Source: Planctomycetota bacterium
GTDB lineage: Bacteria; Planctomycetota; UBA8108; UBA1146
Assembly (NCBI GenBank): GCA_028825265.1
Contig: JAPKAM010000001.1
Span: 386 to 64,385, forward strand
Length of the DNA: 64,000 bases
Direction: 5' to 3'
In this document: positions 56,119-64,000 of the stretch, one piece after another
Position numbering within the stretch: position 1 is the first letter of the stretch
Layout of the letters: each line of letters opens with the position of its first letter
Program-made: the position numbers and the translations under genes
Notes under the pieces: generated by a model
Told to the model about the DNA's origin: nothing
What the model saw: the letters and a program-made list of their open reading frames with translations, nothing else
The model's database searches: none

Positions 56119-59100
56119 TCAGCGAATCGAGAGTCCGTCGATATCCTCACTGGCGTTGATCCCGAGTGCACTCATATCGAGAATCAACTCTGCAAGCCCC
56201 GATGTCGCGCTTCCAAAACTACCGGTGAATCGCGAGACATCCTCGTCCGCACCGGCCGATCCCGAGGCGGAGTAAGATCCCTGGGTCGAGAAGAGCAAGG
56301 ATCCATCAAAATCGAGACTGATGGCATTGAGATCTTCACCACCGCTGTTGGAAAAACCAACATCACTCCCATCGAAGAAAGTGGTCCAGGAACCACCGCT
56401 GGCAGAGCCTACGGATGTGGGGGTGAAGAGCATCACATCTTCATCGCGGTTGGTCGGCCCACCGCCACGAGCCGTGCCCAGCGTCGACATCAACAAGGTG
56501 CCATCATCTAGATAACAAACCCCATCGATATCCTCACCGTTGGTCGTGAGTGCACAGTCCGAACCATCGAGGTAGAAGGACCATGAGCCCGCGCTGCTGG
56601 AGCCGGTCATGGTGGGCGTGAACAGAACCAGGTCACTATCTTCCACCGTGTTTCCGGAGGGCCCACCTATGAGTCCCGACAATGAGAACGAGCCGGAGTT
56701 AAAGGAAACCAGCACGCTACCATCCGCAAGGACGCTGAGAGCATTGATGTCGGTACTACCGATACCGACATCGCTACCGTCCAAATACCAGTCCCAGGAA
56801 TCGGTCGCTGGATCGTAGGTCACGATGTCTTCATCCCGAACCGTTCCCAGTCCAGGTACCGTGGTGGTCGACAGGAATGAGATGTAGTACAGCGTTGACG
56901 AAGGAGGCGGTGGGGGCGGCGGAGGAGGATCGGTCACAACGATGCAAGAGTTGCAAGTGACGGTGTCAGAGCCCCCCGGTCCGGTCACCGTCAAACTCAC
57001 GGTGTAGGTCCCGGCACTGGTATAGGTGTGCGACGGGTTCAGTGCCGACGATCCATTTCCATCACCAAAGTCCCACGAGTAACCGGTGATGTCTCCGATC
57101 GACGAATTACTGAAGGAGACGGTCACCGGCGCTTCGCCCCCCGATGAATCGTGGATGAAGCCAGCCACCGGAGCGGGTGGCGGCGGCGGCGGATCGGTCA
57201 CCACGATGCACGAGTTACAGGTCGCGGTGTCCGAGCCCCCCGGTCCAGTCGCCGTCAGGGTCACGGTGTAGGTGCCTGCACTGGTATAGGTGTGCGATGG
57301 GTTCTGCGCGGTCGAGGCGCCGCCATCGCCAAAGGTCCACGAGTATCCACTGATATCTCCCGTCGACGAATTGCTGAAGGAGACGGTCACCGGTGCTTCA
57401 CCACCGGAGGAATCGGCCGAGAAACCGGCCACCGGAGCGGTCGGCGGGGGTGGCGGCGGATCGGTCACCACGATGCACGAGCCACAAGTTGCCGTGTCGG
57501 AGCCCCCCGCGCCGGTGGCGGTCAAGGTCACGGTGTAGGTGCCAGCACTGGTGTAGGTGTGCGACGGGTTCAGTGCCGTCGAGCCCCCTCCATCGCCAAA
57601 GTCCCACGAGTATCCGCTGATGTCTCCGGTCGACGAATTATTGAAGGAGACGGTCACCGGTGCTTCACCACCGGATGAACTGGGCGTGAAGCCCGCCGCC
57701 GGTGGTGGCGGTGGCGGATCGGTCACCACGATGCACGAGCCACAAGTTGCCGTGTCCGAACCCCCCGGACCGGTCACCGTCAAGATCACGGTGTAGGTGC
57801 CAGCACTGCTATAGGTGTGCGACGGATTCTGCGCCGTCGATGCGCCACCATCGCCAAAGGTCCACGAGAATCCACTGATGTCTCCGGTCGACGAATTGCT
57901 GAAGGAGACGCTCACCGGCGCTTCTCCGCCGGATGAACTGGGCGTGAAGCCCGCCACCGGTGGTGGCGGCGGCGGATCGGTCACCACGATGCACGAGTTA
58001 CAGGTTGCGGTGTTGGAGCCCCCCGGTCCAGTTGCGGTCAAGGTCACCGTGTAGGTGCCCGCACTGGTGTAACTGTGGGACGGGTTCAGTGCCGTCGATC
58101 CACCCCCGTCGCCGAAGTTCCACAAATAGCCGGTGATGTCTCCGGTCGACGAATTACTGAAGGAAACAGTCACCGGCGCTTCACCACTGGTCGGCGATGG
58201 CACGAAGCCGGCTACCGGTGCGGGAGGAGGGGGCGGGGGTGATCCGATGAAGCAATTGAGGATCGCACCGACCAGACCTGCCCGGGTCGATGCGCCATCG
58301 ACGAGCCCACCGATCTCGAATGAAGTTCCGAAGGTACGATAGGTGCCGGCATCATTGAACACCCCGACATCGTAGGCTGCAGTCGGATTGGTCAGGGTGA
58401 CCACTGCACTGCCCGTCGTTCCGAGACGATCGATCCAACTGTTCTCACCGCTATAGCTCCAACTACTGCCCACAAGGCTGCAGCCGGCTCCGGCGGCTCC
58501 GTTAACGGTCGAAAGGTCACTGGTTCCATCGGACAGTCCGCTGATCCCAAAGTGCGAATGAACCGCGGTCGCACTGTCGTAGGCCCAGGTATCGCCTCCC
58601 TCCATGTAGAGGAAGGATCCACCGACACCATTGGTCAGGTAGGTCTCGAGAGTGGTGCCCTCTGCGGCCGACAGTACATGGCCCGATGGGTAAATGCCCA
58701 GATTGACCCAGACCGTCTCGAAGGCGTCGAGACTCGCGACGGCATCGAGGGTGGTGACCACCAGTGGCGAACGACCATTGGCGGTGAGTGCCGCAGAGAT
58801 GGCACTTCCCCCCGCCACGGCACCGCCCGCTGCCGATGGAGCCCAGACCAGATCGGTCGCTCCTCCGGTGAGGAAAATGGAGCAACTGACCTGAGGACTT
58901 TGGTCCGAGCCGACGAAGCCTCGAACTCCGTAGGAGATGTTTCCCACTCCTGCGGCGGAATCGGTGTACGAGGTGGCAGATCCGGAAAGAGTGGCGATGA
59001 CGCTACCGCCGCGGCTCACCTGTACCTGTGAATAACTCTCGCCATTGGTCCAAGAGAGGAGCGCATCGGCACCGGAGCTGCTACAGCTGAGATTGGTCGG

Positions 59101-60720
59101 CGCGCTCACGGAACTCGCCACCGTCAGCAGCAACGCCTCGCAGTTGATCCGTCCGTAGCCCATGTATTGATCAAAACCGGCCGTATCTTCCGAGGGCGGC
59201 CCAACTTGGTCATCAGCGGTCTGTCGCATGTAAGTTCGAACTTGATCGTGGGTCAAGCCCGGCGCCACCGCCAGCAACAGTGCTCCAGCACCCGCAGCGT
59301 GAGGGGTGGCCGAAGATGTACCGTTGAAACTGGAAGTGTAGTCGGTTGAAGAGTAGCCACCGCTGCCGGAGATATCGACGGTGGTCGTCAACGGACCCGG
59401 TGCGACAAAGTCGAGAGCAGATCCGTAGTTACTGCCCCACCAGGTTTCTCCATCGCAAGACGATGGACTCTTGCGTTCATCACAGGGGCTGGAAGCACCC
59501 ACGGCGATCGCTTCTGGATAGAGTGCCGGATAAGAGACCGCAGAGTTGTCATTCCCTGAAGCGAAGAAAACCGGGCAACCCAGTCCCCCTCTTCCGTTGG
59601 TGTTGCCGTAAGCGACCGCATTCTGGATGGCGCTACTGGCCGATCCTCCCCCCCAGCTATTGGAGAGAACATCCGCACCATGGTCGACCGGCCAGGTCAG
59701 TCCATCGACGAGCCAATCGGTCTGAGTCCAGAAACTTCCGAATCCGATGCGCACCGGCATGATCTTGCTGTTCCACGTGACACCCGTGACACCGATTCCG
59801 TTGTTTCCCACCGCTGCGATGATGCCTGCACAGCAGGTTCCATGGCCGTCTGTGGAGTTGGCATTTCCGGGGATCCCTCCCGGTGTGGGGTCAGCAGTGA
59901 CGGCATCGTAGCCCGCCACCATGTTGGCTTGCAGGTCCGCATGATTCACATCGACACCTTCGTCGATGACCGCCACCACGATGCTCGAAGAACCGGTCGA
60001 GATGTCCCAGGCGGCGGCGGCTTTCATGTCCGCACCGATGGTGCCGCCGGTTTGTCCGGTATTCTGCATGTCCCACTGATCTGGGAAGAGCGGATCGTTA
60101 GGAGTCGCCATTTCTGGCAAATCGTGGATAAAATTGGGCTCCGCAACCCAGACTTCCTCCAGTTGCGTCAGGGCGTCAGAGATTTCGAAACCGAGCGATG
60201 TGGGTCCATCGAAACCCAGCATGTAGGTCGGATCGATGGCCGGAAACTCCCTGAGAAAGCGCAGTCCTGACTGTCGAATCACGCTTCGGATCTCATCAGC
60301 GTCGACCGAACCATCGAAAGTCACGATGACTTCCGGCCGTGGAATCATGACCGCTTCTTGGTACCCGAGGACCGGGCCGGCAAACTCGACGACGGCCGCA
60401 CTCGATAGTTGTGCGAGGATCTCTTGCTGCATCCTTGCATCGACTCGCTTCTCGAGAGGGACGTACCACAGTCCAGGGTACTCCTGCAGGTCCTTTTCAC
60501 TGACCTTGCCGACTCCTCGGATCGATCGCAGTTCGGCCCGCAGGGAACCCAACTCATCTTCCAGTCCGTCGATCATCTTGACCGCAACGATCCCATCCAC
60601 CTGAACCAGGGATGCTCGTCCTTCTCCGTAGGGATAGGACCACTTCTGCCCTGTCTCCTGAGCGCTGGAAAGAAGGGGGGAAAACAGCACAAAGAGCAGT
60701 GCCGGGAAAATTCGAAGCAT
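56119..60720 (-). CDS. Giant secreted subtilisin-like serine protease (S8) with 5 tandem PKD domains and a C-terminal triple-repeat domain of unknown function
   Basis: Signal peptide MLRIFPALLFVLFSPLLSSAQE (start at complement of 60718-60720, AGGAGG RBS 5 nt upstream; an in-frame ATG 15 nt further upstream is an alternative). S8 triad regions VAVIDEGVDVNHADL (Asp), HGTCCAGIIAA (His), GTSSATPHAAGAGALL (Ser). Five ~88-aa PKD repeats (...EAPVTVSFSNSSTGDISGYSWTFGDGG.STA.NPSHTY.SAGTYTVTLTATGPGGSDTATC.SCIVVT) are separated by poly-Pro linkers. Confidence 0.85.
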   Translation of the reverse strand: MLRIFPALLFVLFSPLLSSAQETGQKWSYPYGEGRASLVQVDGIVAVKMIDGLEDELGSLRAELRSIRGVGKVSEKDLQEYPGLWYVPLEKRVDARMQQEILAQLSSAAVVEFAGPVLGYQEAVMIPRPEVIVTFDGSVDADEIRSVIRQSGLRFLREFPAIDPTYMLGFDGPTSLGFEISDALTQLEEVWVAEPNFIHDLPEMATPNDPLFPDQWDMQNTGQTGGTIGADMKAAAAWDISTGSSSIVVAVIDEGVDVNHADLQANMVAGYDAVTADPTPGGIPGNANSTDGHGTCCAGIIAAVGNNGIGVTGVTWNSKIMPVRIGFGSFWTQTDWLVDGLTWPVDHGADVLSNSWGGGSASSAIQNAVAYGNTNGRGGLGCPVFFASGNDNSAVSYPALYPEAIAVGASSPCDERKSPSSCDGETWWGSNYGSALDFVAPGPLTTTVDISGSGGYSSTDYTSSFNGTSSATPHAAGAGALLLAVAPGLTHDQVRTYMRQTADDQVGPPSEDTAGFDQYMGYGRINCEALLLTVASSVSAPTNLSCSSSGADALLSWTNGESYSQVQVSRGGSVIATLSGSATSYTDSAAGVGNISYGVRGFVGSDQSPQVSCSIFLTGGATDLVWAPSAAGGAVAGGSAISAALTANGRSPLVVTTLDAVASLDAFETVWVNLGIYPSGHVLSAAEGTTLETYLTNGVGGSFLYMEGGDTWAYDSATAVHSHFGISGLSDGTSDLSTVNGAAGAGCSLVGSSWSYSGENSWIDRLGTTGSAVVTLTNPTAAYDVGVFNDAGTYRTFGTSFEIGGLVDGASTRAGLVGAILNCFIGSPPPPPPAPVAGFVPSPTSGEAPVTVSFSNSSTGDITGYLWNFGDGGGSTALNPSHSYTSAGTYTVTLTATGPGGSNTATCNSCIVVTDPPPPPPVAGFTPSSSGGEAPVSVSFSNSSTGDISGFSWTFGDGGASTAQNPSHTYSSAGTYTVILTVTGPGGSDTATCGSCIVVTDPPPPPPAAGFTPSSSGGEAPVTVSFNNSSTGDISGYSWDFGDGGGSTALNPSHTYTSAGTYTVTLTATGAGGSDTATCGSCIVVTDPPPPPPTAPVAGFSADSSGGEAPVTVSFSNSSTGDISGYSWTFGDGGASTAQNPSHTYTSAGTYTVTLTATGPGGSDTATCNSCIVVTDPPPPPPAPVAGFIHDSSGGEAPVTVSFSNSSIGDITGYSWDFGDGNGSSALNPSHTYTSAGTYTVSLTVTGPGGSDTVTCNSCIVVTDPPPPPPPPPSSTLYYISFLSTTTVPGLGTVRDEDIVTYDPATDSWDWYLDGSDVGIGSTDINALSVLADGSVLVSFNSGSFSLSGLIGGPSGNTVEDSDLVLFTPTMTGSSSAGSWSFYLDGSDCALTTNGEDIDGVCYLDDGTLLMSTLGTARGGGPTNRDEDVMLFTPTSVGSASGGSWTTFFDGSDVGFSNSGGEDLNAISLDFDGSLLFSTQGSYSASGSAGADEDVSRFTGSFGSATSGLAELILDMSALGINASEDIDGLSIR
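56930..58250. repeat. Five near-identical ~264-bp tandem DNA repeats (encoding PKD domains plus PPPPPP linkers)
   Basis: Strong DNA periodicity. The + strand shadow ORFs at 57086, 57290, 57557, 57815 and 58133 have near-identical sequences (…SPVDELLKETVTGASPP…GGGGGG…). Confidence 0.85.
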
Positions 60721-60955
60721 AAGTTCCTCCTGCATTCGGCGATGCCGAAAACCAACTCGGGAGTCCCGAGTCATGACATGACGGGGCAAATCAAAAGAAC
60801 CCAATCTCGCAGGCGGGAGCGAGGAACGAGCAGTTTGATCGAGAGAATCGACCACATCAACCATGTGCCTTCCTCCTCGAGGATGGGCTATCCTGCCACA
60901 GTGAATTCTGTAGGACTCTTTGGAAACAACCCAACATCTCGATGAAGGAGCACTG

Positions 60956-61996
60956 ATGAATACCCTGATCGTATTGATCACAATTATGGCCACGGCTGTC
61001 CCGACAATGGACGATTCATCTCCATGGCTCACCTTCAATGGCACCAAGGGCGCGGGAGTGGGAAAGCACATCGTATTGATCACGGGCGATGAGGAGTACC
61101 GATCGGAACAAGGGATGCCCCAGATGGCTCAGGTCCTCGCCAAGCACCACGGCTTCCGCTGCACGGTCCTCTTTTCCATCGATCCCGAAACCGGTTGTAT
61201 AGATCCGCAGGTCAATGACAACATTCCCGGAATGGAGCTCATCGATGGAGCCGACCTGGTGATTCTCTTCACCCGCTTCCGAAATCTTCCAGACGAACAG
61301 ATGAAACACTTCGTCAATTTCGTCAATTCGGGCAAACCTGTGATCGGACTACGAACATCGACTCACGCCTTCGATATCCCGGGTGACCGGGAGTATCACC
61401 GCTGGTCGTGGCGGAATGGCCAGTGGGACGGCGGGTTTGGACGCCAGGTGATGGGTGAGACATGGATCGATCATCATGGAGGCCATGGCTGGCAAAGTAG
61501 TAGCGGCATCATCGTCGAAGGGGCCAGCGATCATCCGATCCTCCAGGGGATCAAGAACGGCGATGTCTGGGACCCTTCCGATGTCTACACGGTACGGTTA
61601 CCACTCCCCAAGGGCTGCACCCCTCTATTGAACGGTCGAGTGCTGTCGGGGATGGACCCCGATGACGGACCCTGTGAGGTGGAGAAGAAAGACGACCAGA
61701 CCACATTCGACAAGAACGATCCGATGATGCCGATCGCCTGGACCCATGTACGCCGATCTGAAAGCGGCAAGAAGCAGCGGGTCTTCTCCTCGACCTTTGG
61801 AGCATCGCGTTCCTTTACCCGGGAAGGCTCGAGAAGGCTGCTGGTCAACGCCTGCTACTGGTGCCTCGGCATGCAGGGGCAGATCAAACCGAACTTGACG
61901 GTCGATCTGGTCGGCGACTATCAACCGACCCAGTTCGGATTCGGCAAGCACACCCCCGATCTGAAGCCAGCGGACATGGTCAAGACGGCTCAATGA
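60956..61996 (+). CDS. ThuA-like (trehalose-utilisation / class-I glutamine amidotransferase-like) protein
   Basis: HIVLITGDEEYRSEQGMPQMAQVLAKHHGFRCTVLFS...ELIDGADLVILFTRFRNLPDEQMKHFVNFVNSGKPVIGLRTSTHAF is the ThuA family pattern. AAGGAG RBS before ATG 60956. Confidence 0.75.
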   Translation: MNTLIVLITIMATAVPTMDDSSPWLTFNGTKGAGVGKHIVLITGDEEYRSEQGMPQMAQVLAKHHGFRCTVLFSIDPETGCIDPQVNDNIPGMELIDGADLVILFTRFRNLPDEQMKHFVNFVNSGKPVIGLRTSTHAFDIPGDREYHRWSWRNGQWDGGFGRQVMGETWIDHHGGHGWQSSSGIIVEGASDHPILQGIKNGDVWDPSDVYTVRLPLPKGCTPLLNGRVLSGMDPDDGPCEVEKKDDQTTFDKNDPMMPIAWTHVRRSESGKKQRVFSSTFGASRSFTREGSRRLLVNACYWCLGMQGQIKPNLTVDLVGDYQPTQFGFGKHTPDLKPADMVKTAQ

Positions 61997-64000
61997 TTGC
62001 AGCGATCTTCTTGCTGACATCCTTCGCCGGGGAGATCACCGGATCGGATCAAGAGCCGCCCTTCATCGGCGCCTACTCCACCGAGTACCGCAATGGAACC
62101 TCTCCATCGATCTCTGGCGGATTGCTGCTGCTGGGTGAACTGGGTTGCACGGCGTGTCACTCGACCACGGATGGTTCTTCTCGCTGGATCCTCCCGAGGC
62201 AGGCACCTCGCCTCGAGCGTATCGCCCAGCGGGTCGATCCGAAGCACCTGCACCAGTTGATCCTCGATCCCGCCACGACCCATCCGGGCACCGTGATGCC
62301 GTCGCTGCTGGATGACCACCCCGAGCGGCAGCAAGCGGCCTTCGATCTGGTCGAGTACCTGCTCTCGCGATCGCCCGCCGATTCGCACTGGCAACCGACA
62401 GCACCGGATCAGGTGGCCATCGATGAAGGCGAGCGCCTCTACCATCAGGTCGGTTGCGTCAGCTGTCATGAACCGCTTCGCGAGGGAGCGATCCAGCCAC
62501 TCCACTCGAATCGGCTCGCCGGCCGGGTCGAACACTGGTCGCAACCACAGTTGACAAAATTCCTGAAGGATCCGCATCAGGTCAGGCCCTCCGGGCGGAT
62601 GCCCTCCCTTGGGCTTCAGCACGGTGAAGCCAATGCCCTCGCACACTACCTGCTGCGCAGCACCAGAGTTGCCGCCCCGCTCGACCTCGCCATCGATTGG
62701 GGACATCGAAAAGGCCTCGACGATTCCTCTCGTTCACGACCGAGAAACACGACGATCACCGGTAGTTTCTCGCTACCCGATCAGCAGCGCAGAAACGATG
62801 TCACCACTCACTTCTCTGGCTGGCTTCGCATCGAACAAGCGGGAGATTACCAGTTCTTCCTGAAGGTCGATGACATCGGCAGGTTACGGATCGACGAGAA
62901 GGATGTCATCGATCTGGGAGGCAAGAAAAATTATCAGCGTAAGAAGGTGATGGAGAGCCAAGCCTCCATCGATCTTGAATCGGGGTTGCATCGCATCGAG
63001 GTGTCTCACTTCCAGTGGGTCGATGATGCCATCCTGGAACTGGAGTGGCTCGGCCCCGGGATCGATCGTGGACCGATCGACTCCAGCTTATTGACCAACT
63101 CCAGGGAACCCCTGCCGCCGGTTCTCAGCTGGAATCACCAGCGTGGCGATGCCAAGCGGGGCGAGGACCTCTACCTGAAGCTGGGCTGTGCTCAGTGCCA
63201 CGAAGATGGGAACGCAGCCACCGTAGACAGCGTAAATACCTTAGAGCAGTTGTCTGGTCCACTTCCTGGCCACCATCATCCTCGTTATCCCCTCTCTGCA
63301 CGGCAAACCGCTGACCTCGAGGCCGCTCTCCACTTTCTGCAGGATCGTCCAGAGGCACCCGCTGCGCAGCAGCGAGTCGATCACACTCTTCGCTCCTTTC
63401 GATGCACCGCCTGCCATTCAAGGGGAGACCTCGGTGGCGTCGCACAAGATCGAAACGATTTTTTCACCGGTACCGAGCCGCTGCTCGGTGACGAAGGGCG
63501 TCTTCCCCCACCGCTAGCGGGAGTGGGTGACAAACTGGTGCTCGATTGGCTCGATGCAGTGATTCGATCGGGGCGTAGCTTGCGAAGTTACTTCCACACT
63601 CGCATGCCGACCTTCGATCACCCACAAACCCGGTCCCTCGCGGCAGATCTGATCGCTGTGGATCGTCATGTCACAGGCGTGCCTCGCATGATCCATGACG
63701 ATGATGCCATGAAGGCCGCAGGGCATCAGATGGCGGGCAGCAACATGCTGCAGTGTGTTCTCTGTCACGACTTCAATCAGAAACATTCGGTGGGGATGCG
63801 AGCGATGGATCTGGTCACCACCACCGAACGACTCAACCGAGACTGGTTTCATCGCTACATGCTCGACCCGGAATCGCTTCGCCCCGGCACCCAGATGCTG
63901 GCCTTCTGGCCTGAAGGCCGCAGCATGGTTCCAGAACTACTCGGCGGAGATGCCGGACAGCAGGTGCAGGCTCTCTGGCGCTATCTCGAAGATGGTGATC
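61993..64000 (+). CDS. Partial (3'-truncated) c-type cytochrome / PA14-domain protein, of the Planctomycete PSCyt type
   Basis: Haem-binding CxxCH motifs: LGCTACHST, LGCAQCHED, FRCTACHSR, LQCVLCHDF. PA14-like segment GDYQFFLKVDDIGRLRIDEKDVIDLGG...HFQWVDDAILELEW. Its ATG overlaps the ThuA stop (ATGA). The frame is open to the window end. Confidence 0.7.
   Translation, partial: MIAAIFLLTSFAGEITGSDQEPPFIGAYSTEYRNGTSPSISGGLLLLGELGCTACHSTTDGSSRWILPRQAPRLERIAQRVDPKHLHQLILDPATTHPGTVMPSLLDDHPERQQAAFDLVEYLLSRSPADSHWQPTAPDQVAIDEGERLYHQVGCVSCHEPLREGAIQPLHSNRLAGRVEHWSQPQLTKFLKDPHQVRPSGRMPSLGLQHGEANALAHYLLRSTRVAAPLDLAIDWGHRKGLDDSSRSRPRNTTITGSFSLPDQQRRNDVTTHFSGWLRIEQAGDYQFFLKVDDIGRLRIDEKDVIDLGGKKNYQRKKVMESQASIDLESGLHRIEVSHFQWVDDAILELEWLGPGIDRGPIDSSLLTNSREPLPPVLSWNHQRGDAKRGEDLYLKLGCAQCHEDGNAATVDSVNTLEQLSGPLPGHHHPRYPLSARQTADLEAALHFLQDRPEAPAAQQRVDHTLRSFRCTACHSRGDLGGVAQDRNDFFTGTEPLLGDEGRLPPPLAGVGDKLVLDWLDAVIRSGRSLRSYFHTRMPTFDHPQTRSLAADLIAVDRHVTGVPRMIHDDDAMKAAGHQMAGSNMLQCVLCHDFNQKHSVGMRAMDLVTTTERLNRDWFHRYMLDPESLRPGTQMLAFWPEGRSMVPELLGGDAGQQVQALWRYLEDGD

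Noticed and set aside
57086-58342. Series of + strand 60-80 aa ORFs (MMSPIDELLKETVTGASPP...)
   Set aside because: They recur with ~264-bp periodicity because they lie antisense to the five near-identical PKD repeats of the giant protease. They are shadow frames, not genes.
1-64000. Mobile elements, prophage or genomic island boundaries
   Set aside because: No transposase, integrase, recombinase, inverted terminal repeats or tRNA attachment sites were seen. GC content and codon usage look uniform across the window.

Overview
High-GC (~60%) bacterial chromosomal window. The gene content is Planctomycetota-like (PSCyt-type multihaem/PA14 protein, Kelch and HEAT-repeat lipoproteins, HEAT–cyclophilin fusion, prenyltransferase-repeat protein); this taxon call is inference only. 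Coding density is high, and I see no transposase, integrase, rRNA, tRNA or CRISPR.

Major content, left to right:

- A partial gene runs off the left edge (- strand).
- A membrane Ser/Thr kinase with pentapeptide repeats is followed, with a 4-bp overlap, by an FHA-GAF-sigma54 enhancer-binding protein.
- A complete type II secretion system (T2SS) is encoded in two blocks. gspD-E-F-G plus three minor pseudopilins lie on the + strand (5.7-13.4 kb). gspK, a GspC-like gene, a GspL-like gene and a GspM-like gene lie on the - strand (19.6-24.7 kb).
- Between the two T2SS blocks sit two paralogous Kelch beta-propeller lipoproteins flanking a HEAT-repeat membrane protein. A 16-bp tandem array lies at the convergent junction.
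- Candidate sigma54 -24/-12 promoters sit upstream of gspD, of the Kelch block and of gspK.
- On the - strand there is a DUF971–membrane fusion protein–RND–RND efflux operon (MdtABC-like, two tandem RND permeases).
- hemF, a prenyltransferase/squalene-oxidase-repeat membrane protein, thiS-thiG, a CPBP protease and a dual-HTH/S24-like regulator follow.
- Next come a TPR lipoprotein, a tandem-GNAT protein, a YkgJ-like protein co-transcribed with a HEAT–cyclophilin fusion, a PEGA lipoprotein, murD, radA, a PAP2 phosphatase, an ArnT/GT39-like glycosyltransferase and an M48 peptidase.
- The key single observation is a formate dehydrogenase operon on the - strand. It has a fused NuoE/NuoF-like subunit and a catalytic subunit that is interrupted only by an in-frame TGA. 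That TGA aligns exactly with the selenocysteine codon of E. coli FdhF (C-A-R-V-U-H-G-P-S-V-A-G-L versus C-S-R-G-U-H-S-P-T-V-A-G-L here). A SECIS-like GGUC-loop hairpin starts 11 nt downstream. No sel genes or tRNA-Sec are in the window.
- The right end holds a giant secreted subtilisin (S8) with 5 near-identical PKD repeats and an uncharacterised triple-repeat C-terminus, then a ThuA-like gene translationally coupled to a partial PSCyt-haem/PA14 protein.
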